Both the position numbers and the translations under genes were made by a program. Below the pieces are notes generated by a model. That model had not been told where the DNA came from. It searched no databases and saw only the letters and a program-made list of their open reading frames with translations. From Rhodospirillales bacterium (GTDB lineage: Bacteria; Pseudomonadota; Alphaproteobacteria; Rhodospirillales; Magnetospirillaceae): a stretch of 64,000 bases of DNA. Shown here in pieces: positions 37,477 to 51,706 of this stretch; positions within the stretch are counted from its first letter, which is position 1, and each line of letters starts with the position of its first letter. Location of the stretch: assembly GCA_019455065.1 (NCBI GenBank), contig JACFNC010000008.1, positions 30,277-94,276 of the forward strand, written 5' to 3'.

Positions 37477-37965
37477 ATGGACGCGTTTTTCCGAGCGGCC
37501 ACCATCTACATGGCCCTATGGGTCATCTTCCGCATCGCCGGGCGGCGCACGCTGGCCGAAATGACCACCTTCGATTTCGTGCTGCTTCTGATCATTGGCG
37601 AGGCCACCCAACAGGCGCTGCTCGGCGACGACTTCTCGATCACCAACAGCCTGATCATCATCGTCACCCTGCTGCTCATCGACGTTCTGGTGTCGCTGGC
37701 CAAGCGGCGTTCGCAGACCGTGGCGAAATGGGTCGACGGCGTACCGACGATCATCGTCTCGGACGGAAAGCCACTGTACGACCGCCTGCGCATGGCGCGC
37801 GTGACCGAGGACGACATCATGGAGGCGGCCCGCCGGTTGCAGGGTCTGGAACGCATGGACCAGATCAAATACGCGGTCATGGAGGTGAGCGGCGGCATTA
37901 CCGTAATCCCGCACGCCGCCGAACCGGACGCCGGCACAGGCAGGCCGCCACAAGGGGCGGAATGA
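37477..37965 (+). CDS. DUF421 (YetF-like) membrane protein
   Basis: FFRAATIYMALWVIFRIAGRR, FDFVLLLIIGE and EDDIMEAARRLQGLE ... IKYAVMEVSGGITV. Confidence 0.72.
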   Translation: MDAFFRAATIYMALWVIFRIAGRRTLAEMTTFDFVLLLIIGEATQQALLGDDFSITNSLIIIVTLLLIDVLVSLAKRRSQTVAKWVDGVPTIIVSDGKPLYDRLRMARVTEDDIMEAARRLQGLERMDQIKYAVMEVSGGITVIPHAAEPDAGTGRPPQGAE

Positions 37966-38066
37966 TCCCTAGCCCGGATGGGATACGCCGATTGCGCCTC
38001 CCGAACGAGGTGGCAACCCATGTACCTTGGGCCCGCGACGCGAGACGCCTGAGAGGAGTTGAGAGT

Positions 38067-38417
38067 ATGACGGCACGCACTGAGAGAACTGCTTCGAAAG
38101 TCGAAACCCGCGCAGACGACCGGATGACGGAATTCCCGGCGCCCGACCTCATGAAGATGACGACAACCCTGATGAATGGTTGGACGGAACTGAACACCCA
38201 TTTGCTTTCATTCGCCCAAACGTCGATCAGGAACAACTTGGATGCGGCGCAGGAACTGCGCAATTGCCAATCGCCGCAGGAAGTTTTGGACACACAGATG
38301 CGGGTCGCGCGGAAGACCTATGAAGACTATCTCGAAGAAGCCCGGAATATCGGCAACCTGATGGCCCGGATGTCGAACGACGCCGTGCAGTGGCTGTCCC
38401 CGAACGGCCGCGCCTAG
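38067..38417 (+). CDS. Phasin-family (PHA granule-associated) protein
   Basis: GAGAGGAG SD. Phasin_2-like helix pattern ... CQSPQEVLDTQMRVARKTYEDYLEEARNI. Confidence 0.65.
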   Translation: MTARTERTASKVETRADDRMTEFPAPDLMKMTTTLMNGWTELNTHLLSFAQTSIRNNLDAAQELRNCQSPQEVLDTQMRVARKTYEDYLEEARNIGNLMARMSNDAVQWLSPNGRA

Positions 38418-38718
38418 CAGCCGTTCACTCGCTCACCCGTCATCGCCGGGCCTGACGAAACCATCGACGAACAAGTCTCGGGGTAAGACCAAAACTGGGA
38501 TTTCGCTGGGAAGTCCGGGTATCCTGCTACCCGGGCTACCCGGTATCTGTCGCCATTCCAATGCGCACCCCCTCGTTCGGGTGGGAGAACCACCACCCCG
38601 CCGGACTCCACCCCTTCACTCTCCGGGGTATTCCGCAGGCGTTGCGTTCCCGCTACAAGAAGTTCCGTCCGCTTTCCAGTCAGGGAGTCGAGCGGGCTGG
38701 AGAGAGGGAACGAAAGAA

Positions 38719-39633
38719 ATGTCGCGCAAGCATCCCGTGATCGCCGTGACCGGCTCATCCGGTGCGGGGACGAGCACCGTCAAAGAGGCTTTCTCCCACA
38801 TGTTCCGTCGCGAAGGCATCAGGGCGGCGGTCATCGAGGGAGACAGCTTCCATCGTTACGATCGGGTGGAGATGAAGCGGCGCACTGCCGAGGCGGAACA
38901 GCAAGGCTGCCGAAATTTCAGCCATTTCGGCCCCGAGGCCAACCTGTTCGCAGACCTCGAGGCCCTATTCCGTTCCTACGGCGAACAAGGCACCGGCAAA
39001 CGTCGTCTCTACCTGCACAACGACGAGGAGGCCCGCCCCTACGCCCATCTTGGATTGGGGGCAGGCCAGTTCACGCCCTGGGAGGACATCCCGCCGGGAA
39101 CCGACCTGCTGTTTTACGAGGGCTTGCATGGCTGCGTGGTCGACGAGGCATCGGGGGTGAACGTTGCCCGGCACGTCGACTTGAGGATCGGCGTGGTGCC
39201 GGTCATCAACCTGGAGTGGATCCAGAAAATCCACCGCGATACCAGCCAGCGCGGCTATTCCGAGAAGGCGGTGATGGACACCATCCTGCGCCGCATGCAC
39301 GACTACGTGCACTACCTTCTGCCGCAATTCAAACAGACCGACATCAATTTCCAGCGCGTCCCGGTGGTCGACACCTCCGACCCCATCATCGCCCGCGACA
39401 TCCCCACCGCCGACGAGAGCCTGGTCGTGATCCGGTTCCGCAAACCCGACCGGTTCGGGATTGACTATCCCTATCTATTGCAGATGCTTCACGGCTCCTG
39501 GATGAGCCGGCGCAACACCATCGTCGTTCCGGGCGGCAAGACGGGGCTGGCCATGGAGTTGATCCTCACTCCGATCCTGCGACACATCCTGAACGAACGG
39601 TACGAAGCGGAAAACACGCCGGCGCCGGCTTAA
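38719..39633 (+). CDS. prk: Phosphoribulokinase
   Basis: P-loop VTGSSGAGTST, EGDSFHRYDR, FYEGLHG and INLEWIQKIHRD. Full length, about 304 aa. Confidence 0.93.
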   Translation: MSRKHPVIAVTGSSGAGTSTVKEAFSHMFRREGIRAAVIEGDSFHRYDRVEMKRRTAEAEQQGCRNFSHFGPEANLFADLEALFRSYGEQGTGKRRLYLHNDEEARPYAHLGLGAGQFTPWEDIPPGTDLLFYEGLHGCVVDEASGVNVARHVDLRIGVVPVINLEWIQKIHRDTSQRGYSEKAVMDTILRRMHDYVHYLLPQFKQTDINFQRVPVVDTSDPIIARDIPTADESLVVIRFRKPDRFGIDYPYLLQMLHGSWMSRRNTIVVPGGKTGLAMELILTPILRHILNERYEAENTPAPA

Positions 39634-39636
39634 CGG

Positions 39637-40866
39637 TCAAACGGCCTCTTGCGGCGCCTCGGCAAGCGCCTCTTCGATTACCCGCCGAACCTCGGCCGCG
39701 TCGAAGGGCTTTTCGATGCAGGGGCGCCGCGTCTGGCGCAGAAAACCGGCGGCCGTCGTGCCGAGGGTGTCGCCGGTAATGAAAATGGTGCGCGCGGCGA
39801 GATCCGGACGCTTGCGCAGGAGGGCGCGGTAGAGACCCGGTCCGTCGAGGTTCGGCATCCGGATGTCGCTGACGATCAGGTCGTAGTCGGTATCGCCAAG
39901 GCGGTCCAAGGCGGCCTGGCCGCTGTCGACGACATCGACCACATGGCCCGCCGAGGACAATATTTCCGCCAGGACCTGGGCGATCTCGGGTTCGTCGTCG
40001 ACGATCAGCAGCCGGCGGCCGCCGCTTGCGGAAGGCGTGTCGACTTCGCCTTCCGCGCAAACGGGCGGCGCCACCAACGGCAAGGTCACCACGAAGCGGG
40101 CGCCGCCGCCGGGCTCGTCCTCGACAGAGACCGTTCCTCCATGGGCCTCGACCACGCCATGGCAGACGGAGAGTCCGACGCCGGTGCCAATTCCCATCGG
40201 CTTGGTTGTGAAGAAGGGCTCGAAAATGCGCGAGCGCATCTCCGGGGGAACTCCGGGGCCATTGTCGCTCACCACGACCCGCAGGTGTCCCGCCGACGGA
40301 TCGGCGGAGGTCGTCACCTTCAGCCGCCGCGGCTCGGCCACGTCGAGCAAGGCATGCTGCGCGTTCACCAGAAGGTTGGTCATGACCTGGTTGAGCTGGT
40401 CCGGATCGGCCCAGATGTCGGGGATACCCTCGGCAAGGTCGAGTTCGACCTTGATGTCCGCCGTGTGCAGCCCGTAGCCAACCAGTTCCAAAGCGGAACG
40501 TACGACCTCGTTGAGGTCGACCGCGGCCCGCTCGGGCTGTCGTCGCCGCGCCATCGCCAGGAAGGTCTTGACGATTTTGGCGCAGCGGTCGGCGGCGGCG
40601 CGGATTTTCTGACCGCGCGCAGCCGTGCGCGGATCGGGCGCCGTTTCCTCCAGAAGGGTCGCCTGCCCCACCACCACTGAAAGCGGGTTGTTCAGTTCGT
40701 GTGCGACCCCGGCCAGCAACGATCCGAGAGCGGTCAGCTTCTCGCTGTGGTAAAGCTGCTCGCGCTGGCGCGCGATCTCACGCTCTGCTCTCTTCGTCTC
40801 GGTCAAATCGCGCAGATAGGCCGTGAACACTCGTCCCGAGGACAACGGAACCTCCGTCACCGTCAC
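39637..40866 (-). CDS. Histidine kinase core plus receiver (C-terminal part of an interrupted hybrid sensor kinase)
   Basis: H-box AHELNNPL, ATPase motifs (DNGPGV, GTGVGLSV) and a receiver (LLIVDDE ... DLIVSDIRMPNLDG). Same frame as 40897..43560, separated only by a TAG. Confidence 0.8.
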   Translation of the reverse strand: MTVTEVPLSSGRVFTAYLRDLTETKRAEREIARQREQLYHSEKLTALGSLLAGVAHELNNPLSVVVGQATLLEETAPDPRTAARGQKIRAAADRCAKIVKTFLAMARRRQPERAAVDLNEVVRSALELVGYGLHTADIKVELDLAEGIPDIWADPDQLNQVMTNLLVNAQHALLDVAEPRRLKVTTSADPSAGHLRVVVSDNGPGVPPEMRSRIFEPFFTTKPMGIGTGVGLSVCHGVVEAHGGTVSVEDEPGGGARFVVTLPLVAPPVCAEGEVDTPSASGGRRLLIVDDEPEIAQVLAEILSSAGHVVDVVDSGQAALDRLGDTDYDLIVSDIRMPNLDGPGLYRALLRKRPDLAARTIFITGDTLGTTAAGFLRQTRRPCIEKPFDAAEVRRVIEEALAEAPQEAV

Positions 40867-40896
40867 CTCGGCCGGAAAGACCGACCCGTCGGCACG

Positions 40897-43560
40897 CTAT
40901 CCTTCGAGTTCGATACGCCGGTCGAGATCGCTTGGAAGGCCGCCCGTCAGATGCGCGTCGAAAAGCTTGCGGTTGTGGTCATGCAGATGGGGCGGCAGGA
41001 TTCGCTCCATCGGTTGCCCGAGAATCTGGTCGCGGGCATAGCCGAACGCCTTTTCGGCGGCGGGATTGAATTCCAGGATTCGGCGATTGTCGTCCACCAT
41101 CACGATCGGATCGGCGGCCGTCTCGACGATCGCGCGCACCTGCCATTCGCTCTCGCGCAGGGCGACCTCGGTGCGTTTCAGCGCGCTGATGTCGATGATG
41201 CCGACGAGCAGCGCCGGCTGGCCGAGATGGGTCATCGGCCGAGCCGACAGCAGTGCCCAAAACCGGCTACCGTCGTGGCGCCTCATCTCGACTTCGAGGT
41301 TCTCGATCCAACCCTTGCTCTCCATCTCGCGAGCCAGGCGCGGACGAGAGACCTGCGGATCGGCGTAGTAGTCGTCGGGTCGAATTCGCACCGCCGCATC
41401 GACGGGCAGGCCGAACATGGTCGCCGCATGGGCGTTCGCGAACACCAGTTTGTTCTCGGCGACCTCGATGATGACGATGGGAATGGGAACGGCCTCGGCG
41501 ATGGCCCGGAAGCGTTCCTCGCTCTCCCGCAGGGCCTGCTCGGCGCGCTTGCGTTCGGTGATGTCGCGAACCGTGACGACGCGGAGTGTCCGGTCCCCAT
41601 AGGTCACATGCCGGAAGTTCAGATCGACGGGCGCCCGGCTGCCGTCCTTGCGCAACGCGACCGCCTCATATGCACGCTCGTCCATCGCCGCGACACGCTC
41701 GCGGGCGAAATCCCTGTACTCCGGCGCAAGAAGCGTGAGGCTCGACTTGCCGATCAGGTCGGCGGGCTCGTAACCGCCCATCTCCAGCATGGCGCGGTTG
41801 CAATCCACGATGACGCCGTCATCAAGGATCAGCAAACCTTCGAAGGTGATTTCGGACAGGCGCCGAAAACGCTCCTCGCTGGCGCGGAGAGCCTCTTCCC
41901 GATCTTTGAGCTCGGTGATGTCCGAGCGGATGCATAGCGCGCCGCCATCCTCGGTCCGGTAGTCGGCGACCCGCAGCCACTGGCCGCTGGTCATGCGGTG
42001 CTCAAAGGGCGCGCGCGGATTGCGCAGCCGCGCCATGCGCTCCGTCACGAACTCCTCGACATGGCCCACGGCCTCGGCGATTTCGCCCAGCTCCGCCTGG
42101 TTGCGCAGGAACTCCTCGTAGGGGCGGCCGGGCTCCAACAGATGCGCCGACCGGGGATAGATTTGGCGCATCCGCTGGTTTACGAGAACGATGCGGTCAT
42201 TCTGATCGAGCAGGGCGAAACCGTCCGGGATCGATTCGATGGCTTCGGCCAACCGGCGCCGAACCTCGCGCCGGTGCCGCTCCTGCTCGCGCTCCGCCAC
42301 GAGCCGGTCGCGCTCGTCCAGGCTGTCGCGGAACATGACGAGCGCCCTGGCGATGTCGCCGATCTCGTCGCCGCGCGGCACCAGCGGCAGTTTCGCCCTG
42401 CGATCGCCGCTGGCCAGCCGGCCGACGGCGGCGGTCACCGCGCTGAGCGGCGCGACGACCACCCACCGGGTCACCGCGACGCCGAGCAGCGCCACCAGAC
42501 AGGCGAGCAGCAGCCCGTTCACGACCGCGCGCTCGCGCATGCGCTCGACCGGCCCGTAGACCTCGGCGAGGTCAGCCGTCACGACGATCGCCCACCGGGT
42601 GCCCAGAAAGTCGAGTGGCGCATAGGCGGCCAGGATGTCGTGGCTGCCTTGCGGGGGATGGTCCTCGCGGCTCGCCATCAACCCGGAGCGGCCGTCGAGT
42701 GCCGCGCGAACAGGATCGGTCTCGACCCTCCGCGAGAGGATGGTGGACCCCGCGTCGCTTTGCCAGTCGCTGCGCGTCAGGAAATCGGGGCCGATAAGCA
42801 GCGCCTCGCCGGTGCGGCCGAGCCCCGCGGACACCTGCATGACCTGATTGATACGGTCAACCGGCATCTCGAGCACCACGGCGCCAATGATCTCGTCCAA
42901 TTCGTTGCGGAGCGCCGCCCCGACGAAGCCCGTGGCGCGGCCCTCGCTCGGCCCGTAGCGTTCGAAATCCGAGAACGCCTCGCCGGCGGCGGCCGCGGTC
43001 GCTGCCTCGAACACTCTTCCCAGGCCGGTGTCGCCATAGGGGCCGTGGACGAGGTTGGTCGCGAAATCGGCCTTCTTCATCACCGAGTAGACGACGTTGC
43101 CGTCACGGTCGACAAGCAGCAGGTCGCGATAGCCATACCGCGCCGTGAACGCCCGCAGCCTGGGGTGGAACCGATGATGGCCGAGACTGTAGATGGACGG
43201 ATCGCCGGCATGGTCGAGCAGGCGCCGCTCGCCCGAAGGGTGCGGGTTGGCGGTGTGGTAGAGGTTGCGCATCGTCGCGGCGGCGCCGGGGCCGAGTTCC
43301 TCCCACCCGACGAGGAAGGCCTGAAACGACTCGACGAGAAACGGGTTTTCGGCCTGGCTGCGGAGGTCGCGCCGTATCGAATCCAGGTAATCCTCGATAG
43401 CCGCCTTCCGCGCTTCGAGCAGAGCGCCTAGCTTGGCCTCGGCAGCCTCCCTGAGTTCGCGCGAGGCCTGACTGTAATCGGCCAACCCCACGGCCAAACC
43501 CGCCAGCAGGGCGGCGAAGGCCACCAGCGAGGTTATCTTGTGGGAGAGTTTCAGCCGCAC
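40897..43560 (-). CDS. Sensor part of the hybrid histidine kinase: periplasmic Cache-like domain, TM, HAMP, about four PAS domains; ends at an in-frame TAG
   Basis: TM-flanked periplasmic domain. HAMP (LASGDRRAKLP ... DEIGDIARAL). Repeated PAS signatures. The last PAS domain is cut by the stop at 40897..40899. Confidence 0.8.
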   Translation of the reverse strand: MRLKLSHKITSLVAFAALLAGLAVGLADYSQASRELREAAEAKLGALLEARKAAIEDYLDSIRRDLRSQAENPFLVESFQAFLVGWEELGPGAAATMRNLYHTANPHPSGERRLLDHAGDPSIYSLGHHRFHPRLRAFTARYGYRDLLLVDRDGNVVYSVMKKADFATNLVHGPYGDTGLGRVFEAATAAAAGEAFSDFERYGPSEGRATGFVGAALRNELDEIIGAVVLEMPVDRINQVMQVSAGLGRTGEALLIGPDFLTRSDWQSDAGSTILSRRVETDPVRAALDGRSGLMASREDHPPQGSHDILAAYAPLDFLGTRWAIVVTADLAEVYGPVERMRERAVVNGLLLACLVALLGVAVTRWVVVAPLSAVTAAVGRLASGDRRAKLPLVPRGDEIGDIARALVMFRDSLDERDRLVAEREQERHRREVRRRLAEAIESIPDGFALLDQNDRIVLVNQRMRQIYPRSAHLLEPGRPYEEFLRNQAELGEIAEAVGHVEEFVTERMARLRNPRAPFEHRMTSGQWLRVADYRTEDGGALCIRSDITELKDREEALRASEERFRRLSEITFEGLLILDDGVIVDCNRAMLEMGGYEPADLIGKSSLTLLAPEYRDFARERVAAMDERAYEAVALRKDGSRAPVDLNFRHVTYGDRTLRVVTVRDITERKRAEQALRESEERFRAIAEAVPIPIVIIEVAENKLVFANAHAATMFGLPVDAAVRIRPDDYYADPQVSRPRLAREMESKGWIENLEVEMRRHDGSRFWALLSARPMTHLGQPALLVGIIDISALKRTEVALRESEWQVRAIVETAADPIVMVDDNRRILEFNPAAEKAFGYARDQILGQPMERILPPHLHDHNRKLFDAHLTGGLPSDLDRRIELEG

Positions 43561-43570
43561 CCCTTTGGCC

Positions 43571-44323
43571 TCAGTAGATGCTGAATGGAAAATATCGGGC
43601 GTTGATGCGGTCGTAGGTGCCGTCCGAGCGAATGCGCACCAGGGCCTGATTGAACCGTCTCAGCAATTCGATGTCGGTCGGCCGCAAGGCGATGCCGATT
43701 CCCTCGTCCACAAGGATCGGTTCGCCGATCAGGGCCACATCCTGCCGCCCCTTGACGAAGCTCCACATCACCAGATGATCGGCGAGGATCAGATCGGCCT
43801 TGCCTTCCAGCAGGGCCGCGTTGACGTTGTCCTGGCCCGGGATGAGGACCATGTCGACGATCCCCCGCCACCGCTCGGTCACGTAGGCGTGCGCGGTGGT
43901 GGCCGGGCTCACCGCCACGCGGACACCTTTCAGCCCTTCAACGGTCAGCGGCCGGTCGAACCCCTTGCGCGCCACGAACTGCATGGGCGTGCGGTAGTAG
44001 CGGTTCGTGAAGGCCACGAGCCGCTTGCGGTCCTCGGTTATCGACATGCTGGCGACCACCGCGTCGACGCGATTGGAAAGCAACGCCGGAATGCTGTCTT
44101 CCCAGTTCACCCGGACGAGGGCGCAGGCGGCGTCCATCGCCGCGCACAGCGCGTGGGCGATATCCACGTCGAACCCGGCAAGTTGCCCCTTCTCATCGAG
44201 GTAGTTGAAGGGGGGGTAGTCTCCATTGGTGGCTATGCGCAGCGGCTCACCCGATGCGTTCGTGGGCAGGAACGCGAGGACCGAAAGCAGCAGCGTGGCG
44301 ATCGCGGCATAGCGCTCAAGCAT
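43571..44323 (-). CDS. Periplasmic solute-binding protein (family 3, amino-acid type), upstream of the sensor kinase
   Basis: Signal peptide. Motifs LRIATNGDYPPFNY, GFDVDIA and DAVVASMSITEDR. Confidence 0.83.
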   Translation of the reverse strand: MLERYAAIATLLLSVLAFLPTNASGEPLRIATNGDYPPFNYLDEKGQLAGFDVDIAHALCAAMDAACALVRVNWEDSIPALLSNRVDAVVASMSITEDRKRLVAFTNRYYRTPMQFVARKGFDRPLTVEGLKGVRVAVSPATTAHAYVTERWRGIVDMVLIPGQDNVNAALLEGKADLILADHLVMWSFVKGRQDVALIGEPILVDEGIGIALRPTDIELLRRFNQALVRIRSDGTYDRINARYFPFSIY

Positions 44324-44456
44324 CGTGGTTCCCCTGAAACCACCGATTGCAGTCTATCACCACTCGGCGTGCGTAAAAATCCGGAGAAAAGTATGCCAGG
44401 CATTTCGCCCAGGGGGCTAAAAGACCCCGTTTGGGCAAACGAAAGGCGCGCGGAGG

Positions 44457-44480
44457 GGGCGGGCGGTGTCCCGCCCGCCC
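44457..44480 (-). terminator. GC-rich hairpin just downstream of gltD (possible terminator)
   Basis: A 10-bp perfect stem GGGCGGGCGG/CCGCCCGCCC with a 4-nt loop, ending 7 nt from the gltD stop. There is no clean U-tract on the gltD strand. Confidence 0.35.
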
Positions 44481-44486
44481 TTTCGG

Positions 44487-45902
44487 TCAACGTGGAAGGT
44501 CGGAGTCGCCCATGAGGAAGGCGTCGACCGCGCGCGCCGCCTGACGTCCCTCGCGGATGGCCCACACCACCAGCGACTGGCCGCGACGCATGTCGCCGCA
44601 GGCGAAGACCTTGCCCTGCGACGTGCGATAGGCGTCGGTATCGGCCTTGACGTTGCCCCGCCCGTCGAGTTCGACGCCCAACCCCGAGATCAGCCCCTCG
44701 TGGACCGGGTGCACGAACCCCATCGCCAGCAGAACGAGATCGGCCCGCAGTTCGAATTCCGAGCCGGCAACATCCTTGAACTGGGGATCTACCTTGACGC
44801 ATTGCAGGGTCGTGACGCGTCCGTCGACACCGACGAAGGCCTTGGCGGTCACGCTCCACATGCGCTCGCAGCCTTCGTCGTGCGAGGTCGAGGTGCGCAG
44901 CTTCAGCGGCCAGTGCGGCCAAGACAGGGCCTTGTTCTCCTTCTCCGGCGGCCGCGGCATGATTTCGATCTGGGTGACCGACAGCGCACCCTGGCGGTTG
45001 GAGGTGCCGACGCAGTCGGCGCCGGTGTCGCCGCCGCCGATCACGACGACATGCTTGCCGGTGGCCAGGATGTCCGGCTCGCCGAGTGGCTCGCCGGATA
45101 CGCGACGGTTCTGTTGAGCCAGAAAGCGCATGGCGAAGTGGACGCCGTCCAAGTCGCGCCCGGGAATCGGCAGGTCGCGGGGTTTCTCCGAGCCCCCCGA
45201 CAGCACGACGGCGTCGAAGTCCCGCTCCAGGTCGGCGACCGGAATATCCATGCCGACATGGCTGTCGGGACGGAACGCCACGCCTTCCGCGGCCATCTGC
45301 TCCATGCGCCGGTCGATGACCCGCTTTTCGAGCTTGAAGTCGGGAATTCCATAGCGCAGCAGACCGCCGATCCGCGCGTTTTTTTCGAACAGCACCACGT
45401 CATGGCCGGCCCGCGCCAGTTGCTGCGCGCAGGCCATGCCGGCAGGCCCGGAGCCGACGACGGCGACACGCCGCCCGGTCTTCACCGCGGGCACCTCGGG
45501 CTTGATCCAGCCCTCCGCCCAGCCCCTCTCGACGATGGCGTGCTCGATAGATTTTATCGTCACCGGCTCGTCGATGATGTTCAGCGTACACGCCGCCTCG
45601 CACGGGGCCGGACAGACCCGGCCGGTGAATTCGGGGAAGTTATTGGTGGAATGCAGCGCGTCCAGCGCCTCGCGCCAGCGGCCGCGGTATACGAGGTCGT
45701 TCCAGTCCGGGATCAGGTTGTTTACCGGGCAGCCGGAATGACAGAACGGAACGCCGCAGTCCATGCAGCGCGCGCCCTGCCGTGACATCGTGGCCTCGTC
45801 GGGGGCAACCGTGAATTCGCCGTAGTGGCGCAGACGCTCCGCGACCGGGGCGTATTCCGCCGTCTCGCGAGGGATCTCGAGAAAACCTGTCGGCTTGCCC
45901 AT
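44487..45902 (-). CDS. gltD: Glutamate synthase (NADPH) small subunit
   Basis: MGKPTGFLE start, [23 protein letters not shown] and [11 protein letters not shown]. Confidence 0.95.
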   Translation of the reverse strand: MGKPTGFLEIPRETAEYAPVAERLRHYGEFTVAPDEATMSRQGARCMDCGVPFCHSGCPVNNLIPDWNDLVYRGRWREALDALHSTNNFPEFTGRVCPAPCEAACTLNIIDEPVTIKSIEHAIVERGWAEGWIKPEVPAVKTGRRVAVVGSGPAGMACAQQLARAGHDVVLFEKNARIGGLLRYGIPDFKLEKRVIDRRMEQMAAEGVAFRPDSHVGMDIPVADLERDFDAVVLSGGSEKPRDLPIPGRDLDGVHFAMRFLAQQNRRVSGEPLGEPDILATGKHVVVIGGGDTGADCVGTSNRQGALSVTQIEIMPRPPEKENKALSWPHWPLKLRTSTSHDEGCERMWSVTAKAFVGVDGRVTTLQCVKVDPQFKDVAGSEFELRADLVLLAMGFVHPVHEGLISGLGVELDGRGNVKADTDAYRTSQGKVFACGDMRRGQSLVVWAIREGRQAARAVDAFLMGDSDLPR

Positions 45903-45905
45903 GCC

Positions 45906-50543
<4,638 letters not shown>

Positions 50544-50806
50544 AGACTGCTTCAATTCCCCTGGCCTGTGGAGGAACACCTATCCCCCGAACAAAAGGAT
50601 TTCATGATTAGCAAGGTTGCCTCGGCATTGCCAAGCGATTCCTCCGCAACAATACGGAGGCACGCCGGAAGGGACGCGCCTATTGTTTGTGATGCGGATG
50701 GACAGCCCTTCGGTGGGATCGGGGTATGGCGGCCGGATAGGTGCGAAAGCCGGCCGGAAGGCAATACCTCGGAGTAATCGGCAGTTGCGTGGGAAGGAGT
50801 GACGAG

Positions 50807-51706
50807 ATGGCCGACGTGGGTTTCATCGGCACGGGCATCATGGGCCGCCCCATGGCGGGGCACCTGCAGGCGGCGGGCCATCGAATGTTCCTCGGGCGGC
50901 ACCGCTCTGCGCCGCCGCCCGAACTGCTGGAAAAGGGAGCGGTCGAATGCGCGACCTGGGCCGAGGTGGCGCGGCGGTCGGAGGTGGTCATCGTGATGGT
51001 GCCCGACACCCCCGACGTCGAGGCCGTGCTGTTCGCGCCGGGCGGCGTCGCCGAAGGGCTGAGTGCGGGCAAGATCGTGGTGGACATGAGCTCTATCTCA
51101 CCCACCGCCACCCGCGATTTCGCCCGGCGCATCAACGACTTGGGCGCGCCCTATCTGGACGCTCCCGTCTCGGGAGGCGAGGTGGGGGCCAAGAGCGCAT
51201 CGCTGACCATCATGGTCGGCGGCCCCGTGAGCGCCTTCGAGTGCGTGCGGCCGTTGTTCGAAGTCATGGGCAAGAACATCACGCACATCGGCACCGCCAA
51301 CGGCGACGGTCAGACCTGCAAGGTGGCCAACCAGATCGTCGTCGCGCTGACCATCGAGGCGGTGGCCGAGGCCCTGGTGTTCGCCTCAAAGGCTGGAGCC
51401 GACCCCGGCAAGGTGCGCGAGGCCCTGCTGGGCGGCTTCGCCGCGTCGCGAATCCTCGACGTGCACGGCAAGCGAATGATCGAGCGCGCGTTCCAGCCGG
51501 GCTTCCGGATCGAACTGCACCAGAAGGACCTCAACCTGGCTCTGCAATCGGCCCGCGACCTTGGCGTGGCCCTGCCCAACACCGCCACCTGCCAGGAGTT
51601 GTTCAACGCCTGCCGGGCACGCGGCGGCGGCGCCTGGGACCACTCGGCGCTGGTGCGGGCGATAGAGGTTCTTTCGGATTACGAGGTGGGAGCCGGCCGG
51701 GCATGA
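50807..51706 (+). CDS. glxR: 2-hydroxy-3-oxopropionate (tartronate semialdehyde) reductase-like beta-hydroxyacid dehydrogenase
   Basis: VGFIGTGIMGRPMA Rossmann motif, DAPVSGGEVGA and GDGQTCKVANQ. Confidence 0.85.
   Translation: MADVGFIGTGIMGRPMAGHLQAAGHRMFLGRHRSAPPPELLEKGAVECATWAEVARRSEVVIVMVPDTPDVEAVLFAPGGVAEGLSAGKIVVDMSSISPTATRDFARRINDLGAPYLDAPVSGGEVGAKSASLTIMVGGPVSAFECVRPLFEVMGKNITHIGTANGDGQTCKVANQIVVALTIEAVAEALVFASKAGADPGKVREALLGGFAASRILDVHGKRMIERAFQPGFRIELHQKDLNLALQSARDLGVALPNTATCQELFNACRARGGGAWDHSALVRAIEVLSDYEVGAGRA

Noticed and set aside
38414-38758. 114-aa minus-strand ORF in the prk upstream region
   Set aside because: It runs antisense into the prk start, and has poor GC3 bias, no motif and no SD. 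I treated it as non-coding leader or promoter DNA.
40897-40899. Amber codon as pyrrolysine or other programmed recoding
   Set aside because: No pyl genes or PYLIS-like context are visible, and pyrrolysine is not expected in this lineage. A nonsense mutation, a sequencing error or simple readthrough is more parsimonious. I kept it as a finding only for the interruption itself.
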